Positions 54,045 through 64,000 of a stretch of DNA of 64,000 nt are shown piece after piece. Origin of the DNA: Andalucia godoyi And28 (lineage: Eukaryota > Protista > Jakobida); contig VRVR01000005.1 of the NCBI GenBank assembly GCA_009859145.1, positions 75,917-139,916 of the forward strand. The letters run 5' to 3'. Position numbers and translations under genes: made by a program. Below the pieces are notes generated by a model. It had not been told where the DNA came from. It saw only the letters and a list, made by a program, of their open reading frames with translations, and ran no database searches. Positions within the stretch are counted from its first letter, which is position 1, and each line of letters opens with the position of its first letter.

Positions 54045-56831
54045 ATGGGAAACGCTTCGAGTAACTCGGTGGAAGGAACGACGCTTCGGACGTATAATTT
54101 CAAGACCGAAGGTCCGGTGTTTTTCAGTGCTTTAATCCCGGATCGCAATCAGCTTGTGGCACTCGGGTCGACGTTTCTGGAGTCGTTTCGTGCTCAGGAA
54201 GTAGACAGAAAGTGGCTTGCGTACGTCGAGGCTGTTACATGTGCAGATATTGATGCTGCACGGACGAGAGAAATTTATTGTGGATGCGCAGATGGAAAAG
54301 TGAGAGTCTACGAGACTGAGATTGGCGGGAAACTTGTCCGGTCGCTTATTCCATCATCTTCCGTTGGTTCAAACGCAGAGGCTGTGTCGGAGCCGCCGGC
54401 CATCACATGTGTGAAGAGCATATCGGAGGACATTATGCTGTTTGGCGATGCACTCGGAACTGTGTACGTGTATAATCTGAAGAAACGGGAGGTGGAATCC
54501 AGCTTTGGAATCGACTTGAAAAGAGCTTCGAGTGGACTGGCACAGCAAGCCCCGGTTCCTGCTGCGATTCTCTGCTTGGCACAAGATGCGAAAAGGAATC
54601 ACACATGGTGTGGCTTTTCAGATGGTGTGATCCGATGCTATGACCAGCAGGGAAAACGAGTGTTGCAACTGGGGTCTGCAAATGCGGCAAAGATGGCGGA
54701 AGTCCGTGCAATTGAAATCATCGCGCAACACGACATTTGCATTTTTGCAGTCGCGAACAAGTCGCTGCATGTTTGGGATCTGAGCAGCGGGAAAGAACTT
54801 GTGTCGTATCAGTTTGATGTTCTACGGATGTATTACTGCCCTCAAACTGATCTATTATTCACGGGAGGAGATGACGGGAAATTGGTTCTTTGGAGGTTGC
54901 CGAGAGAGCGCTCGCCGTCTCCATTGGTGTTGTTGAAAAAGTTTGACATGCATACTCGGCCTTTGTGGTGCATTACGTATTACTCGGGTGTGGATGCACT
55001 CCTCACGGGAGGCTTTGATTGTGTGGTGAAGCTGCTTCCACGAACGTTTTCTGCAATGTTGAAGGATTATGCGGCTGCGCAGGTTATCAGAATGAAACAG
55101 GAGCAGAAAGAGGAACAAGCAAGGCAAGTGGGAATCGATCTGCAGACGGTCTCGGAGGAGGAGGAAGTCGTTCTGCTGGATGAGCTGTACGGAAGAAGCG
55201 CTCCTCCAATGCCTGCTGTTGTGGAGGAGGCCAAGATGAAGGCACTGTATCTGCGGTTCCTCAAAGCCCTGGACAACGGAACTCCGGAAGGAGCGGGTCT
55301 GATATCAATCCTGACGGCCGGGTTTCACGACATGTTGGATAGTCTCAAGAAGGAGCTTGCGACGGCATCGTCAAACTTGGGGGCTGCCAGAGAGCAAATC
55401 TACCAGAGACACCGTCCATATCTCGAACCAACCTTCGGTGTCGCTCAGATCGAGAACACCTATGCAGAGAAACTCGAGGAAATGAAGAGACGTCATGAAC
55501 AAGAATTGCGCGATTTAAAGGCATTTTATGAAGAGGAGCAGAAGCGTTTCGAAGATGCTATTGGGAACGGCAAGCATCACGCAGCTCTTGATTACCACAA
55601 GGCAAAGTATGCATATGCTGCTCGCAACCGGGAACTGGAAGCCGCGACGATTTCCCAGATGCGTGGCCTTCTGCTGTCTTCAGTTCCTCACAGCCGGCAG
55701 TTTTCGGAAAAGATTAAGCTCATATGCGCCATCAATCCGAGAACGCAAAAGGTGTACCATGCTATGGACATTGATTCCCTTGTGGACTACGCTGTCAAAG
55801 TTCTTCCACCAAAGGTCCCGTTGAATCTGTCTCTGAAGCATCGATCGCTGGTTTCTATCATTGACGTTGCGAAAACAGAAAAGGCAACATATGTGGTCAT
55901 GGAAATGATGATTGACAACTTGCGCCACAAGCTAGCCACCCAAGATCCAGATATCATATTCCCTCCCTCCGAAATTGCTGCGTTGGTGTATGATGTGGCG
56001 GATGCTCTCAACTATTTGCACGAGAATGCAATGGTGCTGAGGGATTTGCGGCCGGAGAACGTGTTGTTGGACAAAGAGGGTAATTCCAAGGTTGTGCACA
56101 TAGGTCTGATGAAATCGCTTACTGGATCGGAGTCGAATGAAGAAGGGTTTGTGTACGCCGCTCCAGAGTTGTTCGCCCGCATGATTTTGACTGCTTCTGA
56201 CATGTGGTCTCTTGGATGTATCATTATGCAATTGTTCCAAACAAGCGAAGAGCGAAAGACGCCGATTATTACGGGGGAGCATGCTCAGGAAGTTTTCCAC
56301 AGCATTAGCAAGTTCGTCGACATCCCTGACACTGCAGCTCTTGCCGCTATTGCTGCAGAGAATCGCCTTTCCGAAGGCAACACCGCACTGTACTGCTCGC
56401 TGCCACTGCATCGCACACTCCGGCTGGTGCCACTTCACGAACTGGTTCCTCATGCCCCTGTTGAGGCGCTCGATTTGATTTCCCGATTGCTAGTGGTGAA
56501 TCCAAAGCTGCGTATTACCGCCGCAGAAGTCCTTCGACATCCGTTCATTCACAAGTATGTTCCCCGGGTTGCCGGACGAGAGCCTTTGCAACCAGAACTC
56601 CCCATCGTATATGTTTTGCCCAAGGCTGATCCGACTGGTGGTACGCATGTCCCGCCTGCTGCTGCGACAACCACCGTCTCGGATGCCACCGACGATGCGC
56701 CTCACGATGTCCATTCCGACATCCCCGGAACTGCGCCTACGCCGGCGGATGAGGAAGACGAAGTCGAAAAACTGCTGCAGTCCTCCCGGGAATTGAAGCT
56801 GGTGCCAGAGGAATCGGACGAACACCAATAG
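54045..56831 (+). CDS. WD40 - coiled coil - CMGC-like pseudokinase, predicted N-myristoylated (928 aa)
   Basis: MGNASS start; WD40 repeats (GCADGKVRVY, FTGGDDGKLVLW, LTGGFDCVVK); kinase fold YAVKV, LRDLRPENVLL, HIG in place of DFG, YAAPE, DMWSLGCI, ALDLISRLLVVNPKLRITAAEVLRHPF. Confidence 0.88.
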   Translation: MGNASSNSVEGTTLRTYNFKTEGPVFFSALIPDRNQLVALGSTFLESFRAQEVDRKWLAYVEAVTCADIDAARTREIYCGCADGKVRVYETEIGGKLVRSLIPSSSVGSNAEAVSEPPAITCVKSISEDIMLFGDALGTVYVYNLKKREVESSFGIDLKRASSGLAQQAPVPAAILCLAQDAKRNHTWCGFSDGVIRCYDQQGKRVLQLGSANAAKMAEVRAIEIIAQHDICIFAVANKSLHVWDLSSGKELVSYQFDVLRMYYCPQTDLLFTGGDDGKLVLWRLPRERSPSPLVLLKKFDMHTRPLWCITYYSGVDALLTGGFDCVVKLLPRTFSAMLKDYAAAQVIRMKQEQKEEQARQVGIDLQTVSEEEEVVLLDELYGRSAPPMPAVVEEAKMKALYLRFLKALDNGTPEGAGLISILTAGFHDMLDSLKKELATASSNLGAAREQIYQRHRPYLEPTFGVAQIENTYAEKLEEMKRRHEQELRDLKAFYEEEQKRFEDAIGNGKHHAALDYHKAKYAYAARNRELEAATISQMRGLLLSSVPHSRQFSEKIKLICAINPRTQKVYHAMDIDSLVDYAVKVLPPKVPLNLSLKHRSLVSIIDVAKTEKATYVVMEMMIDNLRHKLATQDPDIIFPPSEIAALVYDVADALNYLHENAMVLRDLRPENVLLDKEGNSKVVHIGLMKSLTGSESNEEGFVYAAPELFARMILTASDMWSLGCIIMQLFQTSEERKTPIITGEHAQEVFHSISKFVDIPDTAALAAIAAENRLSEGNTALYCSLPLHRTLRLVPLHELVPHAPVEALDLISRLLVVNPKLRITAAEVLRHPFIHKYVPRVAGREPLQPELPIVYVLPKADPTGGTHVPPAAATTTVSDATDDAPHDVHSDIPGTAPTPADEEDEVEKLLQSSRELKLVPEESDEHQ

Positions 56832-56970
56832 CCACGTTCAGCAGGCGGTGCGAATATGTTCAAATACTGTCTCCCCCCTCCTGTCCTTCTTTTTTCTTTC
56901 AATTTTCATTTTTAGGGAATACAATAATTGCTGTAAAATCCACAAACAGAAAAATGAAAAAGAGAAAACG

Positions 56971-59697
56971 TCAAAATGATATTGACAATGATATTTGCGG
57001 TGATGATCCGCGACCGTCGGATGCAACAACAGCCCAATCTGAATTGTTCCTGCATTCAATTGTTGTCGATTCACCAGTGTAAATCTTCAAAGAGTATGGT
57101 CCTTGCTGGCCATGTTTCATTGCGTACGGGACGACCATGAAACGAACGGGAAGGTCGGAATTCGACATGCTGGACGACACATCGCAGTACGCAAATGCCT
57201 CGCCGTCGACAAACGGGAAATTGAGTGCGACCACCCGCGAATCGATGACATTCGTATCAGAATGTATCGCAATCGGTGCATCTGCACTTGCGTCGTCGCT
57301 CACTGGCCAAGCATACAGAGAGACGCCAACTTTCTTTGCATTCGCGCTCACATCATTGACATCCATCCTCGACAGAGCAACGATGACAGGACCCAAGGTT
57401 GCGTTTAGCACAAATTCATACTGTGGATTCATCATCAACCCTCGTGGCCCGCCCGAATTCGACTTCACCCAAGCGTGATTAAACGTGTAAATGTTCGGTG
57501 CAATTACGGATTTGTCCAGCGGCATCGTCAACATATCCTCCGCAGTAAACATTGCATCTGAAACGATGCGAACTTCGAAATCCAGCGGACACCCCCGTTC
57601 CCGCAAACACGGAATCAAGAACAGCGGATAATGCCAGTTCGTGATGTTGATGGTGCATTCCATCTCAAACGCCTTGGATTCCGTAAAAGGATTTCCCGAA
57701 TAATCCAAACTTTCGCAAACCACTTCGTACTGTGGAAGCAGGACGTCGCACTTCCACGAAGCACTCGGATGATTTCTGACGAGAGACAAGTTGGCAGCCC
57801 CCGAATCAGACTTGTTCAGGAAGCGGAAATGCAAGCGACACGCACGAGACAACTGGATACGATAACACGGATTTGATCGGTATGAAGCATACGAACGATA
57901 TCCCATGCTCTGTTGCGGACGGATTGTGCCCTTGATGTCGCGCTTCACAAGTTTGATAAACTCTTTCCATTCCACGCTGCGCTCCGTTCGTCGAACAGAA
58001 AATTGCTTGCTGGAACAAACAGTGAGTCTGTACAATCCTTCTTCTCCTGGGCGAAGCGTGTTCACCACAACGTTCAGCGGTTCCTCCTTCTCCCGGTATC
58101 TATGCTGGTCCACAGCAGCCACTGCGCCGATTTCAGCTTCGCTGGAATGCGTGAAGGTACCTTCCTTGGAGTCACCAAGGATGGTGAAGTCTCGCAGCTG
58201 CTTGAGCGTATTGGAGTTCTCCCTGTATTCAAGAAAAGTTAAATTCACATATCTCGGATGTTTTGGTCGGTCATCTTGCTCCAGAAAAGCGTAGACGCGA
58301 GTGTCGGGCAGGTTGAGTAACGCCGTCAACTTTTCCACGGAGCGCGATTTTGCATCGGATCGCATGCCCATTGATGGCACGGGCTTCTTGCCGTTCTTCC
58401 ACGCAGACTTTGGGTCGTTGGACAACCGACGATCTGCAAAGAAAATGCTAAAATGCGGGTTTCTACAAAATTCTGCAGGTGGTCCGTACGCCGGCCCTCC
58501 CGAACAGTCCTTTGTAATCGGCACCTTGACTGTGTAGCGAAATGGCACCGACGCCTCCCAGGACTCGGGGTCCACCCAATCGGCATCCAGCCCGAAATTT
58601 GAATAAATCATCACACGATACTGAATGCCTTCCAAAGAATGTTTCTGCAAGTACGGTACAAAAAAGCAATTCTTCCCCACAAACTTTTGATCAATATCCG
58701 CAACCAACTCGATCTGCTTTGTGTGGCTTGACAACGATGATTTGTGGGCCCCGTGGACCTCCTTCAAGACTGAGTACTGTGGGAAAACGAGGGATTCATT
58801 CTGGAACATCTCGGCATTCGAAACAAGCGCTACAGATGGCAGAGAGACATCCATATCGTCCAGTGTCTGCAAGATGACGCACAAGAACGGGACTCCCTTC
58901 GCAGCTTTCCCACCTGCAATTGGAGAAACACTGCGCGCGGATTGCGATCTTCCCTGTGTGACTGTCTGGTCTCGCGGAGACTTTCCGTGCGACGATTGCG
59001 GAATGCACCGCAACATCAGTTGCGGATTCTTGCGGAACGCTCCTGTATGATGGATGTTTCCACCAGCAATGTTCTGAAAACTGCCCTCAAGTGTCGTGAC
59101 CACTACACGATCTTGGTCTGTGATGCGCTTTCGAATAGACTGCAATGTCTCGGAGCTTTCGTCCACATCCATCGACTTCAAAAACGCATCCCACGAGCGG
59201 TACACTCGACGATTACCACCAGCCGGATTCACTGCAGGAGACGATGTTTCCGACACATCCTTTCCCGTTTCAGTCGACGCATCATGCTCCGTATTTTCCG
59301 ATGTTGAATCAGACTTGCTGTCCTGATTACCATTACCGCTACCGTTGCCTTTGCCTCGTGCCCCGGCAGCGGCTCCGGCTCCAGCAGCAGCTCCCGCAAC
59401 GATCGCGGTCGAAGATGGTGAAACGCTCGATGATGACGACGTTGAATTATTCGAAGTTTCAGGTGGTGTCGCAGCATCACCATGACCGTTCTGTGTCTTC
59501 TTCTCAACGACAACCGCCGCTCCATCTGCAGTAGCCCCATTTTCATGCGGCTGCTGCTGCGACTGCGACTGCGACTGCGGGTGCGCCGTGGCGCCGCTGC
59601 TATCGCCATTCGACTCCGCGGCTCCGTTCGTGGACTTTGTACCGTTCGATTGTGCTGGATCCGCTGTTTTTGATGATTTCGAAGTACAAACACCCAT
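56971..59697 (-). CDS. Calpain domain-III (C2-like) repeat protein without a protease core, predicted dual acylation (908 aa)
   Basis: MGVCTSK start; low-complexity N-terminus; four repeats with calpain-III hallmarks (AGG...FRKNPQ, SGG...FCRNPHF, YRSNPCY, WVKSNSGG...NPQY; LIPC, VVPY..GQQGPYSLKIY); no QG-xxGDCW catalytic motif seen. Confidence 0.75.
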   Translation of the reverse strand: MGVCTSKSSKTADPAQSNGTKSTNGAAESNGDSSGATAHPQSQSQSQQQPHENGATADGAAVVVEKKTQNGHGDAATPPETSNNSTSSSSSVSPSSTAIVAGAAAGAGAAAGARGKGNGSGNGNQDSKSDSTSENTEHDASTETGKDVSETSSPAVNPAGGNRRVYRSWDAFLKSMDVDESSETLQSIRKRITDQDRVVVTTLEGSFQNIAGGNIHHTGAFRKNPQLMLRCIPQSSHGKSPRDQTVTQGRSQSARSVSPIAGGKAAKGVPFLCVILQTLDDMDVSLPSVALVSNAEMFQNESLVFPQYSVLKEVHGAHKSSLSSHTKQIELVADIDQKFVGKNCFFVPYLQKHSLEGIQYRVMIYSNFGLDADWVDPESWEASVPFRYTVKVPITKDCSGGPAYGPPAEFCRNPHFSIFFADRRLSNDPKSAWKNGKKPVPSMGMRSDAKSRSVEKLTALLNLPDTRVYAFLEQDDRPKHPRYVNLTFLEYRENSNTLKQLRDFTILGDSKEGTFTHSSEAEIGAVAAVDQHRYREKEEPLNVVVNTLRPGEEGLYRLTVCSSKQFSVRRTERSVEWKEFIKLVKRDIKGTIRPQQSMGYRSYASYRSNPCYRIQLSRACRLHFRFLNKSDSGAANLSLVRNHPSASWKCDVLLPQYEVVCESLDYSGNPFTESKAFEMECTINITNWHYPLFLIPCLRERGCPLDFEVRIVSDAMFTAEDMLTMPLDKSVIAPNIYTFNHAWVKSNSGGPRGLMMNPQYEFVLNATLGPVIVALSRMDVNDVSANAKKVGVSLYAWPVSDDASADAPIAIHSDTNVIDSRVVALNFPFVDGEAFAYCDVSSSMSNSDLPVRFMVVPYAMKHGQQGPYSLKIYTGESTTIECRNNSDWAVVASDGRGSSPQISLSISF

Positions 59698-60600
59698 CTT
59701 TCTTCTATCCAGAATGCAACGCACGCACACGAACAAACTCTCGAGATACGCGCGAAGAATGATATATGTGTATACAATATGAAACGGTACTCTCCAACAG
59801 AAAACCTCTCAATCAGAGACAACAGAATAACAAAACAAAACAAACGATAGCACCCAGGGGTTAAAATACGACACAAAGAAGGGGCTTGAAGGTTTTAAAA
59901 AACCTGTGAGAATCCTCCACAGACGATCCAATGACCTCTATATATAACGTTAGTACGGAAGAAGGCAAAAAGGGGAGGGGAAAACTCTCACAGGGATGCG
60001 GACGAACGATGCTGAGAACAGTGCCGCGTTCCACGGAAATATTAACGAATGACGGAAAAACAGAGATGCAAACCAAATGAATCCAACAGTAAAACCAGTT
60101 ATGTAGGAACAAACGGGAAACGAGAAAAGCAAAAGAGGAAATACAGAACAGAAGTAACATGTACTTGCATATTGTTATCATTATTTTTTTCTATACATTT
60201 TTTTTTTCTGTTTCTTTTTCTGTTCTTCTTCTGTCTTTTTTGCTGTTGCCAGTTGCATCTCTCGAAAAGTCTCAAAGTCACAGCCATCTGTTGTCTGCCG
60301 CTTGTCTGTGGACTTCATCGGACTCCCAACTGCTCGTATGCTTGTTGGGAAAAAACTCCTGCCTGCATGGCGAGCACGGCATTTACTGAAGACACGACTT
60401 TGATGTCAATTGACGTCGCTTCGTCTTTACAGCTGCTGTACTCTGGGAAGAACTTTCTATGGAACTTTCCCCTTTTCATTGATGGAATTTGAACACAGAT
60501 AATAATAAAAATACGTTCGGAGTTCGGAACTGTGGTCATCGTCCCTTCTTTATCGTTTCTTTGTAATGTAATGTGCGAACAACAAGGAAAGATAGAGGAG

Positions 60601-63600
60601 ATGGCAAAGAAGAGGCTTTACGAAAGCAGCGAAAGCGCGAATGAGCAGGTTTTTGAGGAATTGTCAGTTCAGACATTCACGGATGCAGTTGCACTCGATG
60701 CAAAGGTCCCGGATAAGGAAATGTTGTTTCTGGAGGAAGCACTGAAACGGTTTCTGCGAAGAGTTGCAGAGTTGTTTTCAACTAGTGATGCAGAAAGCAG
60801 CGGGAACAGGAAAGCTGCAAGGAGGATTTTTGATATTTATCAACGCGATCCTGGAAATTGGGTGGCGGAATTTGCTGCATTGCACCCGCAGTTCTCATCG
60901 GACGGCAATCGACGGAGTGTGTACTTTATGGAAGAAAGCCTGCAGCAGCTTGGTGCTTGGTGGATGCAGAATTGCCCTGAAGCTCCGGAAATATCTGTGA
61001 ATTCGCTGCAGCACTTTTCTCCAGTTCCTTCATTAGAAGAACTTCGGCAACGATGTTTCCTGAATGAAGCATTCCGGGTTGGAGCGAACGTTCCCAATCG
61101 CGTAGATAGAGGCATGCTTGAAGAACTTGGCGAAGACCTCGTAAACGCCGTATCGGCAATGTTGGATCAGGCAAAAGAACGAAAATGGAACGATAATCAA
61201 AAGCAGAGTGCGCTGTTTGATGTCCTGGGCCCAGAGCTGTGTATCAAGTTTGCAGAAACCATCCTGAAAGGCGGAATTCCAAGAAAGGGCGAGCAGCGCG
61301 TCAAGTCCGATGCTGAACTCAAGACTGGGCTGCCGTCGTATGCTGAGCGGTCGGACCATGGCACGTACGTGGAGGTCAAGATTCCGATCGACCCAAACTT
61401 GAAGAAACTGACTGGTGCGCAGAGAATTCCGGTTTCGTCGCTGGACGAAGTTGGAAGACAAGTGTTTGGGCATGTTGAATCACTGAATCCTATACAGTCT
61501 ATCGTTTTTGACACAGCCTACAACACAAACGAGAACATGCTGATTTGTGCACCAACCGGAGCTGGAAAGACGAACATTGCACTGCTGGCGTTGACAAGAG
61601 CACTTCGGTTCTCCGGAATCGGCAAACAAGGGGTTGGTAACATGTTCAAAGCTGTGTATGTCGCCCCGATGAAGGCCCTCGCTTCCGAAATGTGTGACGC
61701 GTTTCAAAAGAGGTTGGGTCCTCTGGGACTTCGAGTCAAGGAGTGGACAGGAGACATGCAACTTACGGTTCACGAAGTGGAAACCACGAATGTGTTTGTT
61801 ACAACGCCAGAGAAGTGGGATGTTGTGACTCGGAAGGCGGATGCCTCATCTCCTATTATTCAGAACATTAGGGTGATGATTCTCGATGAAGTCCATTTGC
61901 TTCATGAAGAGCGCGGTCCGGTAATTGAAGCGATTGTTGCCCGAACGCTACGAGAATCCGAGCGACAGCAACGGGTAATTCGTCTGGTGGCGCTTTCGGC
62001 GACGCTTCCAAACTACCGAGATGTCGCCGAGTTCCTGCGTGTTCACCCCGAGCGCGGAATGTTCTTTTTCGGTGCTGAGTTTCGTCCGTGTCCATTGTCA
62101 TCCTCATTTTACGGGGTGCGCCAGGCTGCAAATACTGCCGTAACGCAAAGGATTATGAGCCAAATTGCGTTTGATAAATGCTTGGAAGCCATCATGAGCG
62201 GAAAACAGGTATTGGTTTTTGTCCATTCGCGGAGGGAGACTGTCAAGACCGCTGAGACCCTGAGAGACCTCGCACGCAAAACCGGAAAGGTGTCCATGTT
62301 TCTTTCGAAAACCCCCGAAGACCGCAACCTGTATCGCCTGAAGGCTGCTGACGCTGGTAACTTGCTGCAGGACGGATTCTGCGTTCACCATGCTGGACTC
62401 CTTCGCTCGGACAGAAATGTCATTGAAAAGGCGTTCTTGAATGGCCATTGTCGTGTGTTGGTAAGTACGGCAACCTTGGCGTGGGGTGTCAACTTGCCTG
62501 CACATGCTGTGGTAATCAAGGGTACAGAAGTGTATGATGCAGAGCGAGGAGGATTTGTTCAACTTTCCATGTTGGATGTGCTGCAAATGTTTGGTCGAGC
62601 TGGAAGGCCGCAGTTTGATACTTTTGGTTCTGCAACTCTGATCACATCTGTCGATCATTTATCACAGTATGTCTCCATGTATGGATCGAACAGCATGCCA
62701 ATTGAGTCGAAACTGCACGACAAACTGGAAGATCATCTGAATGCCGAAATTGTGCGCGGCACTGTGTCCAGTGTTCGAGAAGCCCTTGGTTGGCTTGGTT
62801 ACACGTTCTTGGCTGTTCGATTGCGATCAAATCCGATGGTGTACGGAAGCATCGGACTGTATGACATGGTGCATGCTGCGGCCAAGAAGTTAGACGAGTG
62901 CAAGATGGTACGCTTTTCTGCAGAGATTGGATCGTTACATTCTACTGACATTGGCAGGGTCGGCGCTATGTACTACATTACACATGAAACAATGCGGCAA
63001 TTCCAAGAAGCCGTGGATTCGACGCTGGAGCTGTCGGAGAGCTCGATTATACGACTCGTTTCGGAGGCTGCCGAATTCAAGCAGCTCCAATCTCTCAAGC
63101 GTGAAGATGAAGCGCATGAACTTGCAGAGTTGAGGGGAAAATATGGCGAAATTTCGGACCTGGACAACAAGGTCGCGATTTTGCTTCAATGCCTTTTTGC
63201 TCGCGCTCGGGTCAAAACCTTTTCGTTGTCTTCCGATATGATGTATATATCCCAGAATGCTGCAAGAATCTTCCGTGCCTTGTTCGACATGGCTGTGAGA
63301 CGCCGGAGGAGTACAACCGCGATACGGTTCCTGGAGTATGCGATTTGTGTGGATCGCCAGATGTGGCCGTGGGATCATCCTTTGAAGCAGCTCTTGCAGC
63401 TTTCTGAAAAGTCTTTTGTGCCGGATATGGTGATCGACAAGTTACAAGACCACTCCATGGACATTCAAACCATACGAGAGATGACCGCTGGTGACGTGGG
63501 AGCCATGCTGAATGAACGGCGTCATGGTGACGCCATCTGGCGTGCTGCTCGCAGGTTCCCGCTTCTGTCCATCTCGGATGTACGGGTTCAGCCCATTACT

Positions 63601-64000
63601 CGTTCTATTTTACGAGTGCAAGTCACCCTTGTTCCAGATTGGGACCGCGGTCGTGCAGTCAGCGGAGCTTCGCGCAAGAACAGAGGGAATGTGAATTTGG
63701 AGCCGTTCTGGCTGTGGGTAGAGGATCCATACCAGGATGTGGGATCCATGATTCATGTGGAGCCCATCACTTTCAAGGATGATATGGATTCACTCGATGT
63801 GCGCTTCACGATTCCCGCTCGAGATCCTTTGCCCTCGCAGTACACGCTTCGGATCGTGTCAGAACGATGGCTAAAGTCTGAGATCGTTGCTCCTTTGAAT
63901 CTCAACCATGTTGTACTGCCGTCTGCGGAAACGACGATGACTGATCTGTTGCCTGTCCTCCCTATCTCGATAAGTGCTCTCCACCATGACACGTTTGAGA
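60601..64000 (+). CDS. ASCC3: ASCC3/Slh1 Ski2-like tandem helicase, 3'-truncated by window edge
   Basis: Open frame to the window end (absent from the ORF track because no stop): LNPIQS, NMLICAPTGAGKTN, APMKAL, TTPEKWDVVTRK, DEVH, VALSAT, HHAGLLRSDR, STATLAWGVNLPAH, QMFGRAGRPQFD, Sec63 domain. RSNPMVYG favours ASCC3 over Brr2. In-frame alternative ATG at 60571. Confidence 0.92.
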   Translation, partial: MAKKRLYESSESANEQVFEELSVQTFTDAVALDAKVPDKEMLFLEEALKRFLRRVAELFSTSDAESSGNRKAARRIFDIYQRDPGNWVAEFAALHPQFSSDGNRRSVYFMEESLQQLGAWWMQNCPEAPEISVNSLQHFSPVPSLEELRQRCFLNEAFRVGANVPNRVDRGMLEELGEDLVNAVSAMLDQAKERKWNDNQKQSALFDVLGPELCIKFAETILKGGIPRKGEQRVKSDAELKTGLPSYAERSDHGTYVEVKIPIDPNLKKLTGAQRIPVSSLDEVGRQVFGHVESLNPIQSIVFDTAYNTNENMLICAPTGAGKTNIALLALTRALRFSGIGKQGVGNMFKAVYVAPMKALASEMCDAFQKRLGPLGLRVKEWTGDMQLTVHEVETTNVFVTTPEKWDVVTRKADASSPIIQNIRVMILDEVHLLHEERGPVIEAIVARTLRESERQQRVIRLVALSATLPNYRDVAEFLRVHPERGMFFFGAEFRPCPLSSSFYGVRQAANTAVTQRIMSQIAFDKCLEAIMSGKQVLVFVHSRRETVKTAETLRDLARKTGKVSMFLSKTPEDRNLYRLKAADAGNLLQDGFCVHHAGLLRSDRNVIEKAFLNGHCRVLVSTATLAWGVNLPAHAVVIKGTEVYDAERGGFVQLSMLDVLQMFGRAGRPQFDTFGSATLITSVDHLSQYVSMYGSNSMPIESKLHDKLEDHLNAEIVRGTVSSVREALGWLGYTFLAVRLRSNPMVYGSIGLYDMVHAAAKKLDECKMVRFSAEIGSLHSTDIGRVGAMYYITHETMRQFQEAVDSTLELSESSIIRLVSEAAEFKQLQSLKREDEAHELAELRGKYGEISDLDNKVAILLQCLFARARVKTFSLSSDMMYISQNAARIFRALFDMAVRRRRSTTAIRFLEYAICVDRQMWPWDHPLKQLLQLSEKSFVPDMVIDKLQDHSMDIQTIREMTAGDVGAMLNERRHGDAIWRAARRFPLLSISDVRVQPITRSILRVQVTLVPDWDRGRAVSGASRKNRGNVNLEPFWLWVEDPYQDVGSMIHVEPITFKDDMDSLDVRFTIPARDPLPSQYTLRIVSERWLKSEIVAPLNLNHVVLPSAETTMTDLLPVLPISISALHHDTFE

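Noticed and set aside
60260-60500. Short ORFs upstream of ASCC3
   Set aside because: Under 80 codons of non-repetitive sequence, no recognisable motif; more likely divergent promoter/UTR.

Overview
Gene-dense, intron-poor nuclear DNA of a unicellular eukaryote (heterotrophic protist-like; species not identifiable from sequence alone). About 28 protein genes, standard genetic code, short AT-rich microsatellite-laden spacers, no recognisable transposase, rRNA, tRNA or CRISPR array. Left to right: midasin (5'-truncated), an alpha-2-macroglobulin-like thioester protein with a 1-nt frameshift near its 3' end, an RCC1-repeat protein, UAP1, RPS27, TFIIF-beta, SAH hydrolase, a coiled-coil protein, Rpr2/RPP21, a DUF2423-like protein, an asteroid/XPG-like nuclease, a large ARM-repeat protein, an atypical ARFRP1, Fcf2, a PRAS40/Lobe-like protein, SENP8, reticulon, NDOR1, a TGS1-like methyltransferase, TUG/ASPSCR1, IPK1, an AAAP amino-acid transporter, a WD40-pseudokinase, a protease-less calpain domain-III repeat protein and ASCC3/Slh1 (3'-truncated). 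Seven spliceosomal introns were reconstructed by hand; all start GTATG. Best leads: (1) an unannotated ~160-210 bp element present twice, 44 kb apart and inverted (9.5 kb and 53.7 kb), with a 29/32-identical hairpin core and a shared short peptide frame; (2) the probably cytosolic thioester protein (GCFEQ); (3) a PRAS40-like candidate outside animals; (4) a Tbf1/Cbf1-like palindrome plus E-box upstream of RPS27. All family calls are from motif recognition by eye; no database search was run.
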